From Patescibacteria group bacterium (lineage in GTDB: Bacteria > Patescibacteriota > Minisyncoccia > Phycocordibacterales > 21-14-all-36-13), in assembly GCA_018899555.1 (NCBI GenBank), contig JAHIHZ010000023.1:1-44980 (forward strand): DNA of 44,980 nucleotides. The letters run 5' to 3'. Below are positions 7,684 through 16,601 of the stretch, one piece after another. Made by a program: the position numbers and the translations under genes. Below the pieces are notes generated by a model. That model worked only from the letters and a program-made list of their open reading frames with translations. It searched no databases and was not told where the DNA came from. Each line of letters starts with the position of its first letter. Position 1 is the stretch's first letter.

Positions 7684-7781
7684 TTAAGCGTTAGTCCCGA
7701 TTTTGATTCATCAAAATCGAGGATCCTCGATTTTCTAGTTCAAATTGAATTTGGAATTAGAAAATCGGGAACGATGGGGCC
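7437..7781 (-). mobile_element. About 334-bp GIY-YIG insertion bounded by an 11-bp direct repeat of the tRNA-Glu 5' end
   Basis: On the minus strand, GGCCCCATCGT (7781-7771) and GGCCCTATCGT (7447-7437) match at 10 of 11 positions. The upstream copy pairs better with the acceptor 3' strand TGGGGTC. Between them lie a multi-palindrome leader and the GIY-YIG ORF. Confidence 0.6.
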
Positions 7782-7996
7782 GTAGTAAAAACAAAAAAGC
7801 AAGAAAGCAAGAAAACAACCAACAAAAACAATAAAATTATACATTTTTTAAGTTTTTTATAAAGTAAAAATAAAACTTCGTTTTGTAAGATTTTAGCATA
7901 GCTTAAAGAATTTTAAGAAAAGTAACAATTTCCTCAAACGACACGAAAATTGAAGATTTTTGCGTCTTCTTGTTTATTTTTTAAAAATCCTGTAAA

Positions 7997-8335
7997 ATGT
8001 TATCTAATATGAATGAATTCGCGGTTATAAAAACAGGCGGGAAGCAGTATAAGGTCTCTAAAGGAGACATTATTAATATTGAAAAAATAAAGAGCGAAAA
8101 AGAGCCAAAAATTGGTGACAAAATAATGTTTGATAAGGTTCTAATAGTTGATAATGGTAAAGATACAACCTTGGGCAACCCTTACATAGATGGGGCAAAG
8201 GTAGTGGGTATCTTAACAGATGAAGGGAGGGGGAAAAAAATAACAGTCATAAGATATAAGGCAAAAAGTAGATATTTTAAAAAGAAAGGGCACAGGCAGC
8301 CATTTTTTAAAGTAAAAATAGAATCTATTAAATAA
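7997..8335 (+). CDS. rplU: 50S ribosomal protein L21 (the start may be the in-frame ATG at 8009)
   Basis: The N-terminus FAVIKTGGKQYKVSKGDIINIEKI and the C-terminus GHRQPFFKVKIESI are typical of L21. Confidence 0.95.
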   Translation: MLSNMNEFAVIKTGGKQYKVSKGDIINIEKIKSEKEPKIGDKIMFDKVLIVDNGKDTTLGNPYIDGAKVVGILTDEGRGKKITVIRYKAKSRYFKKKGHRQPFFKVKIESIK

Positions 8336-8520
8336 AAACCTGGCCCAAGCCAGGTTTTTATAGTAGTGAATAGAATTTTTTAAAATTCCTATAACCTGGC
8401 CCAAGCCAGATTGTTGTGGATTAAAAACTAACACTACTCTTTAAAAGCCCATCAAGGGCTTTTAAAGTTATAGTAGTGAATAGAATTTTTTAAAATTCCT
8501 ATAACCTGGCCCAAGCCAGG
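8336..8520. repeat. Terminator-hairpin repeat block after rplU: three copies of cctggcccaagccagg, plus a 51-bp direct repeat (8359-8409 and 8469-8519)
   Basis: aaacctggcccaagccaggttttt follows the rplU stop directly. tatagtagtgaatagaattttttaaaattcctataacctggcccaagccag is repeated 110 bp downstream. Confidence 0.85.
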
Positions 8521-8618
8521 TTTTTTTATTTACAATTTTTTTTGAAAATTATCTTTTACACCAAATGTATCTATCGAGCTATTTTGTGTAAAATAAGAAA
8601 AGTAATATAATAAATATA

Positions 8619-9173
8619 ATGTTAGCAGAAGATAAACAAAAAATAATAAATATATCAAAGTTAATTTTAAAAAGTCTTTTTTCTATCTCTGTTAGTATTG
8701 CATTAATCTCTCTACCCAAGTTGGCACAGGTCATAAAATTATTTGAAACTGATAAAAAATACCGAAATAAATTTAATCGTGAAATTTATAGATTAAAAAA
8801 ATATGGTTATATAAAAACATACAAAAAAGGTGGAGAGATAGTCATAGATATAACCAAAAAGGGAATAAAATTAGTTAAAAAATATAATCTTGAAGATTTA
8901 GAATTAAAAAAAGAACCTAGATGGGACAAAAACTGGAGAATGGTTTTATTTGATATTCCAGAAAATAAAAAATCTGCAAGAGCATCTTTAAGAAGAAAAC
9001 TCGAACAACTCGGCTTTTTGAGGTATCAAAAATCTGTTTTTATATATCCATATTCTTGCAGGGATGAAATTAATTTTATATCAAACTATTTCGGTGTTGA
9101 GAATTTTATCAACTATATAATCGTTAAAAGAATAAATAATGACAAAAAGTTTAAAAAACATTTTGATTTATAA
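8619..9173 (+). CDS. Hypothetical protein with an N-terminal hydrophobic segment and a PaaX-C/Cas2-fold-like domain
   Basis: The motif WDKNWRMVLFDIPENKKSARASLRRKLEQLGFLRYQKSVFIYP matches the W.G.W..V.FDIPE..R......L...GF...Q.SV...P pattern of PaaX-like regulators. The assignment is by motif only. Confidence 0.45.
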   Translation: MLAEDKQKIINISKLILKSLFSISVSIALISLPKLAQVIKLFETDKKYRNKFNREIYRLKKYGYIKTYKKGGEIVIDITKKGIKLVKKYNLEDLELKKEPRWDKNWRMVLFDIPENKKSARASLRRKLEQLGFLRYQKSVFIYPYSCRDEINFISNYFGVENFINYIIVKRINNDKKFKKHFDL

Positions 9174-9184
9174 GATCGGTCTAT

Positions 9185-9227
9185 TTTTACACTTCCAGTC
9201 GCTATAGCGACTGGAAGTGTAAAAATA
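9185..9227. terminator. Strong hairpin (19-bp stem) between convergent genes; member of the TACACTT..GCTATAGC..AAGTGTA family
   Basis: The sequence is tttttacacttccagtcgc tata gcgactggaagtgtaaaaa. Confidence 0.8.
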
Positions 9228-9305
9228 TAAAATCGAATAAAATAGAACAAAACAAAACGAAATAATTAAAAAGATTCTTAATATCTATTAAATTTGGATT
9301 TTTGT

Positions 9306-9923
9306 TTATTGTCTATTTTGAAGAGCATTTTTTATTGTTTCAGTATCTACATATTCAAGTTCGGTTCCAGTTGAAAGTCCTCGTCCCAAAACAGAAACCT
9401 TTAGAGAATATTTTTTTACAATTGGTGCTAAAATTTTATTTACAAATTCCATTGTGTTTTCTCCTTCTGTATTCAAACTTGTCGCTATTATAATTTCTTT
9501 CAGGCCATTTTTTATTGATTCATTTATTTTTTTTATTAATTCTTTTGCTCTTATTTTTTCTTCAGGATTTTTTTCGAAAATAGAAATATTCCCACCTAAC
9601 ACAAAATAATATCCCTTGTAAACTCCACTTTTTTCTAAATTTTCCAAGTCCGTATCTTTTTCTACTAACATTATTATAGAAGAATTTCTATTTTTGTCTG
9701 AACAAGTATTGCAGGTTTTCTTTTCTTTTGAATTAGTAGGGAAAAAGCGATAGCAGGAATTACACATTGAAATTTCGTTTTTTAATTTATTTAATAATTC
9801 AATAAATTCATCCAAAAAATCATTTCCTTTTGTCAACAAAAAAAAGACAAATCTTTTTGACTGTCTAGGGCCTATGCCCGGAAATTTTGAAAAAATTTTT
9901 GTCGTTTTTTCTATTGCATTCAT
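9306..9923 (-). CDS. recR: Recombination protein RecR (the track's TTG start at 9959 is less likely than the ATG at 9923)
   Basis: MNAIEKTTKIFSKFPGIGPRQSKRFVFFLL is the helix-hairpin-helix, CNSC....CNTC is the C4 zinc finger, and a Toprim-like C-terminal half follows. Confidence 0.9.
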   Translation of the reverse strand: MNAIEKTTKIFSKFPGIGPRQSKRFVFFLLTKGNDFLDEFIELLNKLKNEISMCNSCYRFFPTNSKEKKTCNTCSDKNRNSSIIMLVEKDTDLENLEKSGVYKGYYFVLGGNISIFEKNPEEKIRAKELIKKINESIKNGLKEIIIATSLNTEGENTMEFVNKILAPIVKKYSLKVSVLGRGLSTGTELEYVDTETIKNALQNRQ

Positions 9924-10062
9924 ATTTACCCTATTAAATAAAATTTGAGAATTTTTCAAATTTTAATTTTAAATTTTGACTATTAATATATTTACCCACA
10001 TATTAAACAACTATAAACAATTTCCTATAAATTTTACTTCGTTTAAAATTATTTAACAGGGT

Positions 10063-11475
10063 TTAAAAATTGTCAACTATGTCTTGGTCTTGTATTGAAC
10101 TATCATCAAATCCCTTCTTTTCTACACTTAAAAATGTAGCTCTTCTGTCATCAAAATACAGTTCAACTTTACCAGTCGGACCATTTCTGTGTTTTTCTAT
10201 TAATAATTCGGCAATATTAGGTTTATCCGAATCTTCTTTATATTTATCCTCCCTATGTATAAATATAACAACATCGGCATCTTGTTCAATGGAACCAGAA
10301 TCTCTCAGGTCAGACAATCTTGGTCTTCCGCCTCTTTGTTCAACTGCTCTTGATAATTGGGAGAGGGCCATAATAGGAGTGTCCAACTCCCTTGCCAGTG
10401 TTTTCAAAGAGCGCGATATTTCTGTAACTTGATTTACCATTGAATCTGAATTTCTCATCCTTCCGCTCGGAATCATCAATTGCAGATAGTCAACTATAAT
10501 GAGTTTTATGTCTCTTTCGCTCTTTAATCTTCTTGCTACGGAGCGCATCTTTGTAATTGTATTTCCGGGCTGGTCATCAATAAAGATAGGCGCCTTTGAT
10601 AACAGGTCTAGAGAATCTCTCAAGCGTCCAAAATCATCTTCTGCTGTTATCTTACCCGTTCTTAGTTTCCATGCGTCAACTCTTGATTCTGCCGATAGCA
10701 TTCTATCAACAAGCTGTTGTGAACTCATTTCAAGAGAAAAAATGCATACCGCATTATTATGATTTACAGCCGTTTTTCTTGCGATATCCAATGCTAAAGA
10801 AGTTTTTCCCATCGATGGACGAGCTGCAAGAATTACTAAATCAGATTTTTGAAAACCAGATAATTTATTGTCTAATTCTTGAAAACCACTAGATATACCT
10901 CTCAGGTCAGTTCCAGATTTATGTAACCTATCCATTCTGTCCCATGCTTCACCGAGCTCATCTTTAAGATGAACATAGGGTCTAATTTTTGAGAGATTAG
11001 TTACATTGAATATTTTTTTCTCCGCTCTATCTAAAAGTTCATCAATTTCTTCTTCATCACCACCTTCATCATAGCCCATAGATGAAATATGGCCCGCAGC
11101 TTCTATCAAATTTCGCATTTTGTATTTGTTGTAAATAATTTTTGTGTAGTATAAAGCATTTGCCGCGCTGGGGACTATTGATACAAGGTCTGTCAGATAA
11201 CCTCTTCCTCCAACTCGTTCAAGTTTTTTTCTTTCATTTAACTTTGAAGAAACGGAGAGTAAATCAATCGGGTCTCCCTTTGAAAGTAGGTCCAACATTA
11301 TTCCATAAATTATTTTATGTTTTTCAGAATAAAAACACTCCGGAATTAGTATATCCGCAATTTCATGAATGATTTCCGGTTTCAACATAATAGAACCGAG
11401 AAGCGCTTTTTCCGCCTCAATATTTTGAGGCGGTAGTCTAAGTTCATCGATTGATCGGTTAGATATATTTGCCAT
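10063..11475 (-). CDS. dnaB: Replicative DNA helicase DnaB
   Basis: LPPQNIEAEKALLGSIMLKPE is at the N-terminus. The Walker A motif ARPSMGKTSLAL and LIIVDYLQLM are present. The product is 470 aa. Confidence 0.97.
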   Translation of the reverse strand: MANISNRSIDELRLPPQNIEAEKALLGSIMLKPEIIHEIADILIPECFYSEKHKIIYGIMLDLLSKGDPIDLLSVSSKLNERKKLERVGGRGYLTDLVSIVPSAANALYYTKIIYNKYKMRNLIEAAGHISSMGYDEGGDEEEIDELLDRAEKKIFNVTNLSKIRPYVHLKDELGEAWDRMDRLHKSGTDLRGISSGFQELDNKLSGFQKSDLVILAARPSMGKTSLALDIARKTAVNHNNAVCIFSLEMSSQQLVDRMLSAESRVDAWKLRTGKITAEDDFGRLRDSLDLLSKAPIFIDDQPGNTITKMRSVARRLKSERDIKLIIVDYLQLMIPSGRMRNSDSMVNQVTEISRSLKTLARELDTPIMALSQLSRAVEQRGGRPRLSDLRDSGSIEQDADVVIFIHREDKYKEDSDKPNIAELLIEKHRNGPTGKVELYFDDRRATFLSVEKKGFDDSSIQDQDIVDNF

Positions 11476-11540
11476 TAGTGAGATTCTAACATAGTGATAT
11501 TTAACAGGGAATAGACGGAAGACCTAAAAAGTTGAAAGAG

Positions 11541-11559
11541 TGTGGATGGGTGTGGATAA
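11541..11559 (-). promoter_or_regulatory. DnaA-box-like pair upstream of dnaB
   Basis: In dnaB sense the sequence reads TTATCCACA CCCATCCACA (one perfect consensus box plus one degenerate box). It begins 66 nt upstream of the dnaB ATG. Confidence 0.35.
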
Positions 11560-11884
11560 ATTCAAAACGTCCCAAAGGACGTTTTGAATCCACAATGTTT
11601 TTTGTTATATTTAAAAAACTTTTAACCCACACTTATGAAATTAATAAAGGGCTTGCCCCGTTAGAAATTCAAATGCTCTAAATGAGCATTTGAATCCAAA
11701 ATATTTTTTATCTAACGGGGTTGACAAATTATGATGGATTGTGGTAGTGTTTATTCTTATTGTGTTTGCTGTGTATTATTTTTTTCTACAATAAAATTAG
11801 GCGCTCCACCTTTTTATGGCCCCATCAGTTCTGTGGGGCTTTATTATATAGATAATAAAAAACAAATATTATAGATTGAAAAGC

Positions 11885-13243
11885 TTATTTAACGCTTTTC
11901 AATTCAAACCCGTTTTTTGTATCTTTTAATTCATAACCCAGAATTTCAATTTTTTTGCGAATCTGGTCTGCCTTTTCCCATTCTTTATTTTTTCTTGCTA
12001 ACTCGCGTTCACTCGCGAGTTTTCTTATTTCCTGTGGAATTTCTTCTTTTTTTAATTTATCTAAACCAAACGCAAAAATTTTATCAAATTCAAGTAATGT
12101 GGCTTTTTTGTCTTCATTTTCAACAGAATCGTCTTTTACTAATTTCCACACTAAAGCTACCGCTTCGGGCATAGCCAAGTCATCTTCTAATAATTTTTTA
12201 AATTCACTAACATATTTTTTGTCAGCTTTCCCGATATTTTTCCCAAACTCATTATAAAAATCAAAAAGTTTTTCTAAAGCGCTTTGCGCGCCGATTAATG
12301 CCTCCCAAGAAAAATTCATTTCAGAACGATAATGAGAAGTGAGAGTTAAATAACGATAGGCGAGGGGATTAATGTTTTTTTCTTTCAACGAATCAAGTGT
12401 GATTACATTTCCAATTGATTTAGACATTTTTTCTGCTTCTGCAGACGGATTTTCTTTTATATTTAAAAACCCTCCATGAACCCAATATTTAACAAAACGC
12501 TCACCAGAAACCGCTTCACTTTGAGCTATTTCATTTGTATGATGAGGAAATATCAAATCAGTCCCACCTGTGTGAATATCAAAACTTTCACCGAGACATT
12601 TTGTGGACATAGCTGAACACTCAATATGCCAACCCGGACGTCCTTTCCCAATCTCTGTATCCCAATAAATTTGGCCATCTTCTTTATCATAGAATTTCCA
12701 AAGAGCAAAATCCTGTGGATTGTCCTTTTCGTACTTATCATTTTTAATTCTTATTTTTGTTCCAGAAACATTTTTTAAACCTGCCAACTCTCCATAATTT
12801 TTTGATTTTTGAATAGAAAAATAAATTCCATCTTCTGTTTTATACGCATATCCTTTTTGAACCATGTTTTTTATCATATCAACCATCTTTTGTATGTTTT
12901 CTGTTGCCCTTGGCGTCTTTTCAGGCATTTCAATATTTAACTCTTTCAAATCATCAAAAAACAATTTTTCATATTTTTGTGTGATTTCTTTTTGTTTGTT
13001 TTTTTCTCCCTTACTTTCTTTAATAATTTTGTCATCAACATCGGTTATATTCATCACATGACTTACTTTATATCCTAAAAAATTAAGTATTCTTTTTAAA
13101 ATATCTGTAGAAACGAATGTGCGGAGATTTCCTATGTGCGCGCGGGAATAAACAGTCGGACCACAAGTATAAATACCCACACTCGGCGGATTTATTGGTT
13201 CAAATTTTTCAACTTTTCGCGATAGAGTATTAAAGATTTTCAT
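11885..13243 (-). CDS. cysS: Cysteine--tRNA ligase
   Basis: CGPTVYSRAHIGNLR carries the HIGH motif and KMSKSIGN the KMSKS motif. The product is 452 aa. Confidence 0.97.
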   Translation of the reverse strand: MKIFNTLSRKVEKFEPINPPSVGIYTCGPTVYSRAHIGNLRTFVSTDILKRILNFLGYKVSHVMNITDVDDKIIKESKGEKNKQKEITQKYEKLFFDDLKELNIEMPEKTPRATENIQKMVDMIKNMVQKGYAYKTEDGIYFSIQKSKNYGELAGLKNVSGTKIRIKNDKYEKDNPQDFALWKFYDKEDGQIYWDTEIGKGRPGWHIECSAMSTKCLGESFDIHTGGTDLIFPHHTNEIAQSEAVSGERFVKYWVHGGFLNIKENPSAEAEKMSKSIGNVITLDSLKEKNINPLAYRYLTLTSHYRSEMNFSWEALIGAQSALEKLFDFYNEFGKNIGKADKKYVSEFKKLLEDDLAMPEAVALVWKLVKDDSVENEDKKATLLEFDKIFAFGLDKLKKEEIPQEIRKLASERELARKNKEWEKADQIRKKIEILGYELKDTKNGFELKSVK

Positions 13244-13353
13244 AAATTTACCTCGTGGAATAAAAACCTTATTTACATAACGCGAGGTTTTTTTATTTTG
13301 ATTTTATGAGAAAAAATATTATGGATTCAAAACCTCTCCCAGAGGTTTTGAAT

Positions 13354-14268
13354 TTAGAGCCACTTCTTATACTTAAAGAACACAAAGAATATTGAGGCCA
13401 AAACTGACATTGAGCCAATTACTATCCAAAAATCGTTTTGCAACCCCAAAATAGGATTATACACAGTATTCATCCCGAACAGGGAAGCTAAAAGTGTGAG
13501 GGGGAATGTAATAAATGCCATGATTGTGAGTGTCTTCATTATTTCATTTTGTTTTGTTGAAAGGAGGGAGTTATTTGTCTCGCGCAGTTCCTCGAGAACC
13601 TCCTTATTTTTTTCTATATTTTTTATTATTTTGTATTGTTCTGACATTATTGATTTTGCGGGGTATGTAAAATTTTTACCAAAAAAATTTAGGGCAATCC
13701 CCTCAAAAGATTTTAGTATTTCACCATGTGGTATCATTGCTTGTTTAAAATCAAGAAGAACTCGTCCTGTCTCAGAAATTTCTCTAACCATTTCTTTTTC
13801 CTTGCCTTTAAAAATATCTTCCTCAATTTTTTTTAATTTTGCAGAATTATATTCAATTTCATCTGATATAAATCTATAAATTCTATTTATCATATGATAA
13901 AAAAGAAAACCGGCATGCTCTCCCATCTCTCCTTTCTCAAGAACGGAATTTACTTCAAATGTTTTGGAAAAATTATGAATAGGGTCAATCATGTCGTATC
14001 TAGCTGTTATTATAAATTTTTTCCCTACTATAAAATCAACTTCCTGCATTATACTTTTTGAATGAGAATGTTTTGTAACGGGGAAGTGTAATATTAGATA
14101 AATATAATCGTTAAATAATTCAACACGAGGTTTTATTGTTGGGAGGAGCAGTTCTTCAGCAACAAAAAGATGTATGGAATATTCCTCCATTAATTTTCTA
14201 ATTTCGTCTTGAGTTGGTGATTCTATATCAACCCAAATTAGGTCTCTGTATTCATATCTAGTTACCAT
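13354..14268 (-). CDS. corA: Magnesium/cobalt transporter CorA
   Basis: The C-terminus has two TM helices and the GMN motif (LFGMNTV). The product is 304 aa. Confidence 0.9.
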   Translation of the reverse strand: MVTRYEYRDLIWVDIESPTQDEIRKLMEEYSIHLFVAEELLLPTIKPRVELFNDYIYLILHFPVTKHSHSKSIMQEVDFIVGKKFIITARYDMIDPIHNFSKTFEVNSVLEKGEMGEHAGFLFYHMINRIYRFISDEIEYNSAKLKKIEEDIFKGKEKEMVREISETGRVLLDFKQAMIPHGEILKSFEGIALNFFGKNFTYPAKSIMSEQYKIIKNIEKNKEVLEELRETNNSLLSTKQNEIMKTLTIMAFITFPLTLLASLFGMNTVYNPILGLQNDFWIVIGSMSVLASIFFVFFKYKKWL

Positions 14269-14339
14269 GTATAAATAATATCATAAAATCGCAAAACCAT
14301 AAAAACAACTCCTAAAAAAATCGCCCGGGTTTTTTTTAA

Positions 14340-14510
14340 TTATGACCATGGGCGAGGAAAATTTTTAAATCTCTGGACGAGAGGCATTATTAATATCATT
14401 TTTGATTCTAAAAACAATAAAAACCAAGTTATACTTCCATCCAAAAACATTTTTGTTTCACATCCAAGTATGAATGCAAGAATAAAATTTAAAAAAAGTT
14501 TTTTTCTCAT
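14340..14510 (-). CDS. Small (56 aa) hypothetical membrane/lipoprotein-like ORF, below the ORF-track size cutoff
   Basis: The product is MRKKLFLNFILAFILGCETKMFLDGSITWFLLFLESKMILIMPLVQRFKNFPRPWS. It is preceded by AGGAG 6 nt upstream of the ATG (ctttaggagaaataATG). Confidence 0.45.
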   Translation of the reverse strand: MRKKLFLNFILAFILGCETKMFLDGSITWFLLFLESKMILIMPLVQRFKNFPRPWS

Positions 14511-14607
14511 TATTTCTCCTAAAGAACTAACATTAAAATAATATCATTTTTTACATATTTTTTCAACCATTTGCTTCATTCTTTATATTTTGAGATAATC
14601 ATTGTTG

Positions 14608-15873
14608 ATGAAAAGAACAATAGATAACAAAGTTGTATTGGCCTTTTGTATATTAGCGATCTCAGCCACTGTTTTTTTTGTTGGTTTTTATGTCGGGAAC
14701 AATAATATTCCCGAAGTAGATAAAATAGATATTATAGTAAACAAAACGGGGGAGGTACCAAAAAAGGAGGAAGTATCAAAAGGGAATGTGGAAAGTATTG
14801 ATTTGTCAGAATTCTGGGCCGTGTGGAATATTTTAAATGATAAATTTGTTTCTTCAACAACAACGGAAGTAACAAATCAGGAAAAAATCTGGGGTGCCAT
14901 AGGGGGTCTAACCGATTCATTCGGTGACCCATATACGGTATTTTTTCCGCCGAAGGAAGCAGAAATATTTCAGACAAGTATAAACGGTAATTTTTCTGGT
15001 GTTGGGATGGAAATAGGTATAAAAGATGATCAACTAACGGTAATAACACCACTGAAGGGAACGCCCGCTGAAAGGGCGGGTATGCTTTCTGGTGATAAAA
15101 TTATTGCAATAAATGATAAAAATACAGCAGGTATTGCAATAGATGAAGCGGTTCAATTAATAAGGGGAGAGAAGGGAACAAGGGTAAAATTAACCGTCAT
15201 AAGAAAAGGCTTAAATAAATCATTTGATGTGGAAATTATTCGTGACACAATAGTAATACCAACGATAGATACAGAATTAAGAAGTGATGGGATCTTTGTT
15301 TTAAGTTTATATAATTTTTCATCAGTTTCTCCAAATCTATTTAAAGATGCATTAAAAAAGTTTGTGGATTCAAAATCTAATAAATTAATTTTAGATCTTA
15401 GAGGAAATGCAGGCGGTTATTTAGGAGCAGCGGTTGATATGGCAAGCTGGTTTTTGCCAGAGGGCAAGGTTGTTGTAACCGAAGATTTTGGGGAAAAAAA
15501 TAAAGAACAAAATAATATTCATAGAAGTAGGGGATACAACATATTTGATAAAAATTTGAAATTTATAATACTTATTGATAATGGTTCTGCTTCCGCGTCC
15601 GAAATATTAGCTGGCGCATTGAGTGAACACGGTGTTGCAAAATTAGTTGGAACAAATACATTCGGCAAAGGATCAGTCCAAGAACTTGTTAATATAGGAA
15701 AAGATAGGGCTTCTTTAAAGATTACAGTTGCAAGGTGGTTAACTCCAAACGGAAAATCAATATCAAATGGTGGTTTGGTTCCTGATTATAAAGTTGAATA
15801 TACTGCAAAAGACAGGGAAAATGGCATAGATCCTCAAATGGATAAAGCTGTTGAATTACTTCTGAAGAAGTAG
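14608..15873 (+). CDS. ctpA: S41 family carboxy-terminal processing peptidase (the track's TTG start is at 14602)
   Basis: There is an N-terminal TM helix, a PDZ region (GMEIG...GTPAERAGMLSGDKIIAIN), LRGNAGGYL, GSASASEILAGAL and TFGKGSVQ. Confidence 0.9.
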   Translation: MKRTIDNKVVLAFCILAISATVFFVGFYVGNNNIPEVDKIDIIVNKTGEVPKKEEVSKGNVESIDLSEFWAVWNILNDKFVSSTTTEVTNQEKIWGAIGGLTDSFGDPYTVFFPPKEAEIFQTSINGNFSGVGMEIGIKDDQLTVITPLKGTPAERAGMLSGDKIIAINDKNTAGIAIDEAVQLIRGEKGTRVKLTVIRKGLNKSFDVEIIRDTIVIPTIDTELRSDGIFVLSLYNFSSVSPNLFKDALKKFVDSKSNKLILDLRGNAGGYLGAAVDMASWFLPEGKVVVTEDFGEKNKEQNNIHRSRGYNIFDKNLKFIILIDNGSASASEILAGALSEHGVAKLVGTNTFGKGSVQELVNIGKDRASLKITVARWLTPNGKSISNGGLVPDYKVEYTAKDRENGIDPQMDKAVELLLKK

Positions 15874-16116
15874 AAATCACAAATCACAAATTACAAATCA
15901 CAAATAATATCAAAATGCAAAATTGATGAATAAATTTTTGTAAAAAATTTATAAACAAAATAAATCATTTGCCGAAGACAAATGCAACACCCCTTGAGTT
16001 TTGATTTTTTAGTTGTGGTTTCTTGCCCTGTTAAATAATTTTGTCGTAAACAAAATTCCTGCAGGGCAGGATTTAACAGGGTGAATTTTTAGTTTTAAGT
16101 TTTGAATTTAAAATAT

Positions 16117-16554
16117 ATGCGTATAATTTTTCTAAAAGATGTTCCAAGGGTTGGACGCAAAAATGATATTAAAAATGTTGCCGATGGGTATGCGCAGAAT
16201 TTTTTAATTCCTCGTGGCTTGGCAAGGATTGCCACAGATATAATTGTAAAAGAAGCAGAACTAATCAAAAAAAGAGAGAATGAAGAAAATAAAATAAAAG
16301 AAGATCTTTTTAACAAAAATTCAAATAAATTAAGTGGTGTAATCTTAGAAATTAAATCAAAATTAAATGAAAAAGGGCATTTATTTGCGGGGATTCATAG
16401 GGAAGAAATCTCAAAAGAGTTAGAAAGAAAATTTAAAATAAAAATAAACCCTGAGTTTATTCAATTAAAAACCCCAATAAAAGAAGCGGGGGAACATGCT
16501 ATAAAAATAAAAATGGGGGAGAAAGAGGCAGAATTTAAAGTTTTAATAATTTAG
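16117..16554 (+). CDS. rplI: 50S ribosomal protein L9 (ATG at 16117; the track's TTG start is at 16102)
   Basis: MRIIFLKDVPRVGRKNDIKNVADGYAQNFLIPRGLA is a typical L9 N-domain. Confidence 0.93.
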   Translation: MRIIFLKDVPRVGRKNDIKNVADGYAQNFLIPRGLARIATDIIVKEAELIKKRENEENKIKEDLFNKNSNKLSGVILEIKSKLNEKGHLFAGIHREEISKELERKFKIKINPEFIQLKTPIKEAGEHAIKIKMGEKEAEFKVLII

Positions 16555-16573
16555 TTATTAAAATACAAATAAA

Positions 16574-16601
16574 CAAAAAAACCTCTTAAGAGGTTTTTTT
16601 G
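16574..16601. terminator. Bidirectional hairpin terminator between rplI and rpmA
   Basis: The sequence is aaaaaaacctcttaagaggttttttt. It overlaps the rpmA stop. Confidence 0.75.

Noticed and set aside
7448-7770. The GIY-YIG insert as a self-splicing (group I) tRNA intron
   Set aside because: The insertion point is after nt 11 (D-stem), not in the anticodon loop. The non-coding part is only about 85 nt, too small for a group I core. The 11-nt duplication regenerates a complete tRNA without any splicing.
8619-9173. The PaaX-C/Cas2-fold-like protein as evidence of a CRISPR-Cas locus
   Set aside because: The motif is shared by PaaX-type regulators. There is no cas1, no array and no other cas gene in the window. 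The tandem arrays at about 44 kb are 35 kb away and lack spacers.
11476-11884. The dnaB-cysS spacer as oriC or as a tmRNA/tRNA-like gene (gcgctccacc near 11803)
   Set aside because: Only one perfect and one degenerate DnaA box are present. No dnaA/dnaN context or AT-rich unwinding repeats were identified. The ..ctccacc string has no preceding T-arm or acceptor pairing. There is not enough evidence for either call.
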